This document shows, piece by piece, positions 12,826-37,058 of a DNA stretch of 64,000 nucleotides; the first letter of the stretch is position 1, and each line of letters starts with the position of its first letter. Location of the stretch: NCBI GenBank assembly GCA_002633005.1, contig NMRA01000272.1, forward strand, positions 248,001-312,000, in the 5' to 3' direction. The stretch comes from Phoronis australis (lineage: Eukaryota > Animalia > Phoronida). The translations under genes were made by a program, and so were the position numbers. The notes below the pieces were generated by a model. That model was not told the DNA's origin. It searched no databases and was given only the letters and a program-made list of their open reading frames with translations.

Positions 12826-13894
12826 AATTTGTTTTTTCATATATTTGACAATGGACCACAGTTTCTAAGAATGTTTTGAATATTTCAGTTAGAACTAATG
12901 TTTTTGTCACCTTTGCTCTCGACCAATCCGTATTCAAGATAGGCGACGAATTCAAAGCCGCAGCACAGAAAACACTCGGAGAAACCTTGATGAAATACGT
13001 GTTACAAGCATGCCTACCTTTGAAATCGGGCTAACCGTTGTACACGTCATGCATAAGAATGACGCGATTTCGACATGTAAATGATGTCACAGTGCTGATA
13101 CGTATTTGCCCGCTATGCCTTTTCCCAAGAACTCGGCTCAAGACACCGGACACTGTGAGTACTCGTAGAACCAATGTTGAGTGGGAAATCAATTGTTCGC
13201 TTGAGATTTGAAATGCGAGACATGTTGGACGTACATATCTATAATGCCGTCTAAGTATTTTTGCCAACAACTAGTATCCCTCAGTTGCGCCAAATTGTAT
13301 GAAGAGATTTGACACATTAATCATTATTACAAACACGTGATCACTCGTACCCACCGTCAAGAAAGAAAAAATGTCAAAACAGAAAAAAAATGTAGACTGC
13401 ATTGAAATGTGCCACACTCCATCACAGCACGTCTCACCTTGAAGCCAGCTCGTTTGCTCTCATTGTGACATACGTGACTAGTGCTTAAAGAATCTGCACG
13501 GTTTTTCACGTGTCGAGACCCAAAATTAGATGATGCTGTCAAAGACTTTTTTGTATTCTGCATTCGCAAGGTTTGCGTCCAATTTTATGAGTTATAATAA
13601 TTACACAACACTTAGTCATAACTGAGGGGCATTGCATGAAAAGATCCCTACATACATGGTATTTTCAATAATTGAGAATTCAACGTATCAAGTTAACTCT
13701 TGACTTGCACCAAAGCTACAACTTAACTTTGCAAAGAGACAGCATAAAAGTGACGATCAATGCTTTCACAAGCCCACAAATACGCGGCAGATTTAGGGAA
13801 CTTAGTCGAATCCTTATTTAGGACTGTTTCATGCAACCAGCCGGGCACGGGATTTTTAATGACACAAAAAACCGCCTTCAGTCAATAAATCAAC

Positions 13895-14815
13895 TTTATC
13901 TTTCCTTTTCCTTTTATTTATTTGTACACATGGCCATCGGCCCAAAGTAAAACAAACAAGCAAACAAGATCACTGGAGTGCTATGCACACTAGTCAGTAT
14001 TACACAAGCTGTTCCGTTATTTAGATGCGTGGTATACATATTTCACAACTGAGGTATCGGGATTACATAACAGTATGAAATTTAAGCAAAGAGAGACTTG
14101 TCCAGAGGCTTTCACTTAGAAACTTAGCTCTGATTTCGGAAAAAGTGTCGCAAACTAACAAAAAGTGATATTCATCCTCGACACAATTCCTGGAGCCTAA
14201 TATACACACTCCGTCTTGATAAATCACATTTACCTGACGACCAGTTTCTTCTGCCAGTCTGTGGTTTGCACATCGAAAACGTGTAAAACTTTGCATGAAC
14301 ACTCTGTGAAGATTATCAATTTCTAAACAGTTTTCGTGTTTAAATACAACCTTAAATTTTTTGGAATAGTTTAACGTAGAATTAGAATCAACATCTTTGC
14401 AAAGCACAGTCCTTAACCCGCTGTGAGAAAATATTTCCAAACGACCCTTGACACGCGACTCCTTGGTTTACCCCAACATCATAGAAACCATACATTGACA
14501 ATAAATTGCGGACTGAGCTTGCTTAATTCTACATATGTCTACCATTTTCATTTAGTCTGTACAACATGTTGTAAGCGGCCATTAGATAACGTTCCTGTGG
14601 CATATTCAAAATTTTAAACCAGTATTTAATACAGCTAACAAAGTATCTTGTAAACATAGGGTATCTGCTACGTTCACCCAATACAGCAGCGTCAGAGCAA
14701 GAATCGCCAAGTCCCAGGGTGCATTTACAGAATTTTATACGATTGTAACCCCAAATCTCGGCACCATAACACAATGTTGGGTACACCAGTTTATCAAATA
14801 ACTGAAAATGTCAAT
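13895..14815 (-). mobile_element. 5'-truncated, decayed non-LTR retrotransposon 3' end (RTE-X-like ORF2 C-terminus)
   Basis: Track ORFs 14529-14786 (LCYGAEIWG...AVLGERSRYP...IKYW) and 14063-14440 (TRFRCANHRLAEETGR...CVEDEYHFLLVC...IRAKFL) carry the post-RT and terminal Zn-finger motifs typical of RTE-X-type LINEs, followed by GGGCCGATGGCC...AATAAATAAA and an A-rich tail. Confidence 0.75.
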
Positions 14816-14977
14816 GCCGTCTAATAATATAGATCTGAGATGCACTGAACCAGCATGTCTACATCATTTTGTGTTAAATACTATTCTATTGTCATTTCGC
14901 AGTCGTGTAATTCGACTGAAAACGAATCCGAGTATTCAACTGTTTTGGCACTATCCCACTTAATACTATTATACGGG

Positions 14978-15910
14978 CGTAACACGTGAGTCTCATCACA
15001 TGACGTAATCATTGATTCTTCACGCTTAAAGCTTCATATGATAGGCAAGTGATCTGACTCGTCCCAGGCAATTTCAAACAAATCAACACTCAAGCACCCG
15101 GAGGTCACAAGGTGCCCGCAAGCGTGTCCCAAAATTGCCGAGACACCCTATTAGGGGTTCCAGGTCTGCTAATTCCCAACCTCTTTTGCGGTTACGGGGA
15201 CAAAATGGGAATTTAGGGGTCTGTTGGATCTCGAGCGGGTCACGCAAAACTGACCCCTGCCCCAGACTCGAGCAAGTGTGACGTAACGCCGTCTATTGGA
15301 CGAGTCGTGAGATAAATGTGTCATAATTTTGCAGGAACCACTGGCCTGGTTCATTGTTTAGGGTGTATCTACTACCTAAATCCCATATTTGGGACTTCCC
15401 ATGACGCAAATTTCGTTTTACATTTTTATTGGTTTTCGCTTTAAACTTAACACCCCTAAATATTTTAGAACATTCTCAGCGCAGATTTTCGCTTAATAAC
15501 GGGCCTCTCAGACTGATTCTATTGGTCCAGTTACTATCCATTAAGAGTCCCAACTTTTTAACTTTATTAGCTTTTGGTTCAACTTTAACTTTCAAAATTA
15601 TCATTTACTTGGCTTTGGAGACTTTCTGCGCTTTTAAATTCGACTCAAGCTAAAGTAATTAAGTTGATGATTACGTTGGTATCAGAGGATGTGTTGTAAG
15701 TTTTATATCTTACATTTAGTGTTAAATAAACCCGCTTGTATTTGTACTCTATCTCTGGTGTTTCTCTCTTTAAAGGATGTCACCACGGCTCTTTCACTAG
15801 TGATACAAACGAACTAAAAATACACTATGATGCGAACATTTTTACTGTGACAAAACAGTCAAGAAAGTATTAGTAGATCGGTGCTGAACGCTCCATCGAT
15901 TCCCGTTACA
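14978..15910 (+). mobile_element. Probable solo LTR (~930 bp)
   Basis: Begins CGTAAC (one change from TGTAAC), ends GTTACA; flanks CGGG / CAGG fit a 4-bp TSD with one CpG transition; AATAAA at ~15725 followed by a T/GT-rich tract; no coding capacity. Confidence 0.45.
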
Positions 15911-16366
15911 CAGGTAATAAAACCAAAGCAATTTAGTATTCAGCCAGTCAGACAGCCTTTGCATTGCCCAACTTGCTCACAGAGTCACACCTGCCTATAA
16001 AATGACATAGTTGATGACAGTGTTGTGTATGTGAAATCAGTAGACCACAAACCCAAGCTTTTCTAAGTTCAGACACCAATCACCCTCCAAAAGCTTTAAT
16101 GACGGAAAAAAACTTGGTTATGTTCACAGAATCTTATGAACTTCGTGCATTGCCACTCTTTGCACATGTCTATCACTGTTCTAACCTGTTTAATTTGACA
16201 ACTGCATTGCTGACATTATCACCACGTATGTGAACAACAAATGAAACCAGGTCAAATACCTCATGCCCTCAATTTATGTGAATAAAAACTGATCTTTTTA
16301 AAAAATATACTGAATTAGAAGAAAATCAGTATTATTTTAAACGAAGCCATAAAAGATCAATAGTAA

Positions 16367-19300
16367 TTACTCAGATTTTACAGTCTTTAGTGATAAACTG
16401 ACATCATCACCATCACTCAGTTTCCTTTTCCTGTCTTGGTAATCACACTTTCCATTGTCACCTATATCACAAACCTTGTCCACATCTTTGGGCATATCAA
16501 TCACTTCCTGTTTGCGCTCTTCACTGGTATCTGCATATCCATGCAATTGAAGTTCACTAAGGTTATACTTTCTAAACTTCATGAAATCTTTGACGACACT
16601 CACACAGCAGACATTGCGTATAACCTCCAGCAGGATGACAATTTCTGGGTTACTATAATTCACGGTATTCAAACAGTTTTTCTCCTTTAGCATCTGTGAA
16701 ATATCGCATTTCAAAACATTAGACGACAGTGTGTTCTGGTTTCTTATTTTCGGCATGACACTAAAGCAGTACTCGTGACAGCCAGTGGAGGCGCAAAACG
16801 AGTCGTACACGTTTTCCACCGTTTTAAGGATGCTCTCTAGTCGAGCTGGACAGGAATCATTTACAGGTAGCAGACGACATATAAAACGGGCCTTAGAGCC
16901 CTTGCCATCGACTACAGTCTGCAGTATTGAATGTACAACAGTGTGTGGGTTGTCAAGACTAGTTTTAATAAAGACACAGTTCTTTGCACCACTATTTACA
17001 TTCTGGAATCTCCTCTCACATCTGGACACAGCCTTCATGTCATTCACTTCTTTTTTCATCGCTGCTTCAATGTCCTCATCCTCATCACCACTGTCCTTGT
17101 CACAACCCTTTGCCGATACATGCTGCAACAACAATATTCTCTCATCAGTGTAGAACATAGAAAGAGTATTACAACCAAAAACAGGTTACTAAAATAGAAA
17201 CAACTTACATCTCTGTCTATTCGCTTTTTACTATCAACATTTTCAAGTCACTAAAAACCAAGTTCTTGTGACAAAATGGCTTCATTCACAGGTGTATTTG
17301 CTCTTGCAAAGCAACATCATTGAGTTCAATGTCTTTTGTTAGAAATGAAATAGGCGGCAATAAAGCCCGTGGAATTTACCTGACAACCATACTGGTTGAG
17401 TGGCTGAAATTAACCCTCCGTGACAAGCAAAACTTCGTGAGCTAGGTCCAAAGTTATGAACTATGACTTCTTGTCAAACATAGATATCACATCTCATATG
17501 AGTGAGAAACAAGATGACAGTGATTTTGTAATGATAAGTGGCCTCAATCAAAAGTTCTTTTTAAATAGAAGGCGCAACTTTATAGTGCTCCTTTACTAGT
17601 AAGCTATAGATAAAGCCACCTCCTGTTCACACGATCATATGTGAGCTACTGTTAAAAATCATGGATCCTCATATGTCATGTTAAGCCATGAACAGTTGTC
17701 ATGCATAGGTATATCAAGGGTTGCTTTATTGCATCAGCATGCACAGGTTAGATTTGGTCAGTGGCCAAGTCTGGTGACCAAAGTGGGGACAGGATATGTG
17801 TGTGTGGTGTGTGTGTGTGTGGTGTGTGTGTGTGTGGTGTGTGTGAGTGTTTGCTTGTGTGTGTGTGTGCATGTGTGTGTTCTTGTTGGTAACCAGAGTC
17901 ATGTTATGAGACCGATTTTATGAGAGTACTATAGAAGGCAAATTCCATTTTCGTTTTTTTTTGCCATCTTAACAAGGCAAAATGCAGCTTTAAGTGCACA
18001 GTGGAAGTAGCAAGATGGCTATCATTGTACTGACACACAACAGATGTTTACATGGATGTGCTGTTCAAAGACAATGGTTCCTTAGTGCTGTTGAAAAGGT
18101 TTGAGGCAGATCTTGGCTATGTATTACATCTTCCTATTCTATGAAACAAGAATCACGTGCATGTCATCACTCCCTCACATTACCTGCTCAGGCCCATACA
18201 TCTGATCAGCATACTCATTCAGGATGTTGTAAGCTTCTCGCACACATTCTTTTTCCTTATTGTTGCATGTCAAAAGAAATCCTCTCATTCCGGATGATAG
18301 TATTTTTCCTGGAGCGCCATCTCTCTGCAGAAACAGTATTTCAGCACAGATCAAGTTCTTGAATGAAATATAAATTCAACTGCCTGCTCTACCAGAGGCA
18401 TTTATTCTCAGCTCATGGTTACCTTTAACTTAATGCTTCATAACCTTTTGAAAAGCATTATTTCTAATGTGTTAATACTTGTTACTTACATTTTCTTTGA
18501 TAAAGTTTTTAAATAGCCTATTTGAATAGTCTGGGAATTAAGTACACATGGCTAGGTTTTTAAATTTTGAAAATCAAGACATTAATTCTGCTGGGTGTGA
18601 AACACAATTGGGCCAATTACCAAACCAACAGGCAGCAGCTGGACTTTTAAGTAAGCCCAGTGTCTTTGTAGACATTGCACAATTACTTCCATTGAAAACT
18701 ACACTCTTCCTTGAGTAAACTAAATTATTAAGCCGTGTAGGAAAAATAATTTCTTTTTTCGCCGATTCTTCTTTTGTTGTTCTTTCACACAGTTGTGTAC
18801 ATGTTAGAACAACTTATCAGAACTGGTTTCACTTCATTATAAGTTTTTAGAATTTTGATAACAGTAAACTGAATTTTCAGAACAAATTTTGCTGCTGCGA
18901 AGCTCTCCCGAGAGAGGTCGCAAAAACTTAGCAAATGGTGCATGCCCGTGTCGCAAATGTATTGTTTGCAAAACGATGTCATACTTTTCTTTGTTACAAA
19001 AGGTGGAGAATTACGCAAGAAAATGACGTACTCATAAGATTGGTTTTCACTTAAACGGTTGTAACAAGCAAGGTGAGTATCGGTTGACTCCCAGATTTTA
19101 CATACACTCCTGCCAGTCTTTAGTTCTACATGTTGATACAAGTTTCATGGCGAGGTGACAAGCAGAACTACCTGGGCTGTGTGGAAGTTCAAGGTCTGTC
19201 GGAGCTCAACACACAGCAGGCTGACTAGCCCAGTGCCACAGCACAAGAATCAAGAATCTTTCTTTAACGTCGTTTGAAGAACAGGTTAACATTATCTATC

Positions 19301-19984
19301 TACCTATCTATCTCTCTTAGAGCACTTCGCACTCGAAGTTGAAGATTCTGAAATGGCCAGTTAAGGGCTATTTCTACGACATTAAATTTAGCAGAAATGG
19401 AGAAAAATGGAACTTAAGCTAAAGATGGAGAATAACACTGAGATTTAAGTGTAAATAAAAGTTAAGTGGTCATAATCACTTAGAGTCTAGACCAACAAAA
19501 CAATGGGTATAAACAATAGGCACGCGTGTAAATAATACAATCTACTGAATTTAGAGAAATCAGACACAACTGTACAGAAACTCTGGTAGGCCTATACACT
19601 ATACTGTTATTTTAGTCAGTTACAGGTTGGGATTTTTATCATTTTATAATGTCTCAGGTAATGTATCTTATTTTCCCGGATGAGCATCGATTAATTACAT
19701 GAAAGTACAGGAAGAACCACCCAGTTCTGTTCTCCGCGTCACCGTGCGTTGGAGACCACTGACCATGACCATGCCAAAGCGTGTGGAAACGTGGAGTGCG
19801 AGTGGTGCTTGCCGAGCAAGGTTTTGAATTAAGTTCACGAGCTTGCACCTCAACCACAACCAAAGGTCAAGGTACGAGAGGTATGTCTCTGAGTCAAAAT
19901 TTTTACTATATTTACCTTGTTTTTGTTAAAGCTCTTTTTATAGAAAGATTTGGGCTTTCGTCGACTTTCCGCAGGCGTCGCCAT
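16367..19984 (-). CDS. THUMPD1: THUMP domain-containing protein 1 (tRNA ac4C adaptor, Tan1-like), 3 coding exons
   Basis: Exons 19984-19916 (MATPAESRRKPKSFYKKSFNKNK), 18324-18184 (RDGAPGKILSSGMRGFLLTCNNKEKECVREAYNILNEYADQMYGPEQ), 17122-16367 (ERRFQNVNSGAKNCVFI...RFICRLLPV...FRKYNL); all phase 0, GT-AG. Confidence 0.93.
17797..17880. repeat. Imperfect (GT)n microsatellite in THUMPD1 intron 2
   Basis: Run of TGTGTG interrupted by GG and short variants. Confidence 0.9.
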
Positions 19985-20288
19985 TATCATCGGACAGCAG
20001 CGACCTCTGACGACAGGCATCAATTTTCTAAACCGGTCAGCGCTATCTTCAGGTCTCCTTCAGGCAGGGAGACGATGCTGCGGTCCGATTACGATCCCCT
20101 CAGGCGGGTTAAAAACGCTAACGCTCTGCGGGTGGGAGGGGGTTAAGTATTTGAACCCTGCCAGGACCTATGAGCCTCCTTAACTAGCCCGCTTGTCACA
20201 GTGGTCGGGCTGTTAGCTTGTGGCGACCACGTGAAAAAGCTCAGTAGGAACTCCAATGCCAAGTTCTGTCTTCAATTACAGTCATCCT

Positions 20289-21110
20289 CATAGGCGGATT
20301 TAGATGGGGGGGCCAGGGGCCCGCCCCCNNNNNNNNNNNNNNNNNNNNNNNNNNNNNNNNNNNNNNNNNNNNNNNNNNNNNNNNNNNNNNNNNNNNNNNN
20401 NNNNNNNNNNNNNNNNNNNNNNNNNNNNNNNNNNNNNNNNNNNNNNNNNNNNNNNNNNNNNNNNNNNNNNNNNNNNNNNNNNNNNNNNNNNNNNNNNNNN
20501 NNNNNNNNNNNNNNNNNNNNNNNNNNNNNNNNNNNNNNNNNNNNNNNNNNNNNNNNNNNNNNNNNNNNNNNNNNNNNNNNNNNNNNNNNNNNNNNNNNNN
20601 NNNNNNNNNNNNNNNNNNNNNNNNNNNNNNNNNNNNNNNNNNNNNNNNNNNNNNNNNNNNNNNNNNNNNNNNNNNNNNNNNNNNNNNNNNNNNNNNNNNN
20701 NNNNNNNNNNNNNNNNNNNNNNNNNNNNNNNNNNNNNNNNNNNNNNNNNNNNNNNNNNNNNNNNNNNNNNNNNNNNNNNNNNNNNNNNNNNNNNNNNNNN
20801 NNNNNNNNNNNNNNNNNNNNNNNNNNNNNNNNNNNNNNNNNNNNNNNNNNNNNNNNNNNNNNNNNNNNNNNNNNNNNNNNNNNNNNNNNNNNNNNNNNNN
20901 NNNNNNNNNNNNNNNNNNNNNNNNNNNNNNNNNNNNNNNNNNNNNNNNNNNNNNNNNNNNNNNNNNNNNNNNNNNNNNNNNNNNNNNNCCCCCCTCCCGA
21001 CCTCCCCCCACTTCGGTGCAATGCGCATCTACAATCGTGGTGCAGTTTGCGCAAATGCTTACAGCCGGACAAAAAGTTGCCCCCCCTTGTGATATCCTAG
21101 ATCCGCCACT
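20289..21110. repeat. Short interspersed GC-rich repeat with GGCGGAT(C/T) inverted termini, spanning the gap
   Basis: Left of gap CATAGGCGGATTTAG-GGGGGGGCCAGGGGCCCGCCCC; right of gap CCCCCC...CTAGATCCGCCACTG (reverse complement CAGTGGCGGATCTAG). A similar layout occurs at ~44505-44705. The two sides may be separate copies. Confidence 0.5.
20329..20988. other. Assembly gap (660 N)
   Basis: Continuous run of n. Confidence 0.99.
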
Positions 21111-24100
21111 GATCCTACAAACATTTCGACCCTGCACGACGAACCGGCCCGAATAGGCTAACACTGTTATCTCAGGGTCGTCACTACACTTAGTAAACAT
21201 TGGCGAACCAGGCCTCCACAGGTCGGCCTTCAACCGAGGCGTCATCGTTCCCGGGCCCCCGGCACCGCAGTCACCTACTTTGCGCACAAAAGCTAGTGTA
21301 CGGTTCACTGGGGCATGTAGAATTGATAACCTGCATAGACTTCATAGTTGCTTATCGAAATTGTTTTGAAATGCCTGCGCAACCCCCGATGACAATGAAT
21401 CAGTCGGACCTCGGCTCTGGTCCCGCCAGTACTGACTGAACTAACCCGGATTTACTAAGACCACTTAGGCCAACAATTAAGAGATTGGTCTCAAGTTATT
21501 CATTAGTAAAACTATAGCCTAGATGATTTATAGTAGGCCATACTCTACAGGTCACGACCATGGTCATTTTTTAGTGTTCCGTTGTGAGGACATAAAGAAC
21601 TACACCAGTCTTCAGTGCAAAAATGTTCAGATAAAATAGGACCACTGTGTTACATTCCTGGATCTGAATGAGGACGAAGTTGAGACCACCGATTTAAGTC
21701 GTGTTCTAAATTGAACTTTCGTGGATGGAACATGCGTGTTTTCAGAGTTCAAAATTTCTTGATCCATTGAAAAGCGGGTCAATTTTCCCGCCTTAATGCT
21801 TATATATTCACCGCCCTCACCCGACACACAAATGACATCTTAACAAACAGTAATTTTAAGTTCTAACCTGGTAAGAACTAGCATTCAAGAAAATTGTGTA
21901 AAAATGAATGGTCCGACGGGTACCGGAGTAGCAGCCTTGAATGGATCGTGAAAAAATGATCCCAAGCATTTTTTACATTGCAAAATGACTTGGGTCGCTT
22001 TTACACGGATACGCAAGACCATAGAACACGTGACAATGTCTAAATTAGGCGAGTTCGGAAGATACTTCAGGGGCTATCGGATTCATTTCAGCAACTGCGT
22101 TTTATGCACTATTCACCAAAACTCTGTGAAAAATTGTTCCTAAAAAGTTCCACTTTCGCACGAAGGCTTACCAAATAATATGCTTAAGACTTTTATGGTC
22201 TTTGTGAAAAAACACAGAAGTTGCATAAATCGAAAACGAAATGATAATTTAGAAAACCGCAAGAGCGTTTTTGACCTAAAGTTCATCTTGAGCGTTTTGT
22301 ATCAAACGAAATTTGGTCACGTCATTGACTAATATTTTGCTATCAATATAGCTTTTTTCGCTAAATTTTACCGTAGATCACGTGATACAACGAATGACGA
22401 TAAAAAGTAAAAAATAATCAAATTCTACACTCTGTCTATTATAGAATTTAATGAGATAAAAGTTAAGTTCTGTGTATACTTGGCTGCAAACACAGATAAA
22501 GGCCTGCACAACTTTTAACTGTAAAATTTCAAGCCCAGGATGAAAACACGACAAAACTCCTGTGAAAAGTTGCCACTGAGCCAGGTTAAAATGCGACAAG
22601 GGAGTCATTTATCAATGGTTTCGTATAACCATGCAACTATACAGCATGGCATTCATAGTTGTTTTTTTTCAAAGGCTGTTAGGTGCTCCAGGCGCTTCTT
22701 CCAAAGGTGCCTGGTAAACGCAAACCATGAAAACTGTTTGTGATACAGACGGACAGGGCCAGCATGAACGGTTTGTAACATGCACTTAACAATTTTTGAA
22801 GATGGTCAGTATTTTCTTTGCACTTTCTAGGAAATGAGACACAGTACGTTTCTGTACAGTGCACTTCTAAGTCAGTAAAGTATAATGACATCATGGACAT
22901 CAATCCGCAAAAATGGGAAAGTTCCGGTCATACTGGACATTAAGACCAGCCTTAAAAAAACATGGAAACAATTCACTTCAAACACACCTGAATGATTTAT
23001 TGCATACGAGTGAGCTTAATATTCAATACAAGTACAAAACACACTATTGAACAAAAGCAAAAGTTCAGTAACAAAAGCAACAAAAACATATCTTATAGGC
23101 AGTATTTCTGAGGGCCACCACAGCATGCTATACAGCATAAAAGCCTTAATGTTAGAATCATGATGAGGGAGTCACCATTCACATAACAAAACGACTGCAC
23201 AAAACACTAATTGTCATCAAGCACCATTCCTTTAGAAGCAACTGAAATGTTTGTTCTGGTTGACACTGGTGAAGTCAGTCACACTGATGGACACGACTTA
23301 CAGATAACTGGTCAACTATTATCAGTCTGATCAACGCGATATTCACGTAATAAACCAAAATGTAGATTACACACCTTAAGAGAAGACGAAAACTGCAAAG
23401 ATCAAAGCAAATGTAATTTCAAACACTGAGGAATAAATGAAAACTGTGGCCATGTGTAGAAATCAGTTCTTTGTTGTATAGGTCAAATAAAAAATCTTGG
23501 ATTTGTACACAGATTGTGAAGTAACATAACAGTGAATTAAGCATACAAACAAAATAACAAAATAAAATAAAATAAAATAAAACATAAAATTGCTGTCACA
23601 CTTCATGCAAAGAAGTCACCTTAAAAATGCAGTTAGACAAAGCTATAACACTTCCATAAAGCAGATTCAAGCATGTCTAAGGCACTAAGTATAAAATACA
23701 AATGCAATCAATACATGGGTCAGATCCAAGCAAAGCCACTATACCATTATTACTGTATTCAAAGTGCAAAGGGAATGAGTACAAAGTCACTTAGTAAAGA
23801 AAGTGAGTTGTAATTTGCGTTTCTATTGGATTATGATGTGGCATGAACAGCCAGTGATTCAGTTTACAGTCAATATGTTAAATTATAAAATGCAAGTTGC
23901 CAGTCATGTATAATGCAAAATTAGAGCACTAAATTCAGTTCTCTTATGCCAAAATATTTCTGCTGTTTCAAGATCACACACTTTATTCCAAACGCCTGGT
24001 GAAGTATTCATCTCATCAATGTAAAAAAATATGTAGATTTTTAACACAATTTTGCACGTTTTCCTTCAATGTTTCATTGAATGACACCACAAAATAACTG

Positions 24101-24413
24101 GATTTTTACATGCAATTACCCTTTTCACATATTTTTACACAATCACAGTGTGTCAAACCATAGAAAGGACACAAGGTAAACTGATAGCTTTTTACTGTGG
24201 GTAATGTTTTGACATGTACTATCTTATGGCAAGAAACTTATCAACGGTAAAAATTTCAGAATCATAATAATAAAAATATCTAATTTCCTAAAAACTGGGA
24301 GTCACGTGACACAGGAGAGAATTAGGGGATAATAAACTTGCAAATTTCACCGAAATTATCATACATGATGCAGTGTTTACCCTAACTGATCACTGACTGA
24401 GCACACAAGATGT

Positions 24414-36941
<12,528 letters not shown>

Positions 36942-37058
36942 TGCGGAAGCACTGATTAACCTGACCTTGACCTTCCTCTTCCCACATAAACGTTAGATGG
37001 CACTGGGAGCGGTCATGTGATTAATGGAGTATGATGTACTGAAAGTGTTTTATTCACA
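36942..37058. promoter_or_regulatory. Compact bidirectional promoter region ECD/LAMTOR2
   Basis: Divergent ATGs at 36941 (-) and 37059 (+); contains CTGACCTTGACCT (36961-36973), AGATGGC (YY1-like) and GTCATGTGA (M-box/CLEAR-like, 37012-37020). Confidence 0.7.

Noticed and set aside
20103-20240. HDV-like ribozyme fold (G-U opened P1, AGCCTCCT loop-like motif)
   Set aside because: P3 has a mismatch, the GG for P1.1 is missing and no convincing P2 or J4/2 was found; kept only as a generic structured candidate.
20241-21308. Long ORFs across 20.2-21.3 kb
   Set aside because: Artefacts of the 660-N gap.
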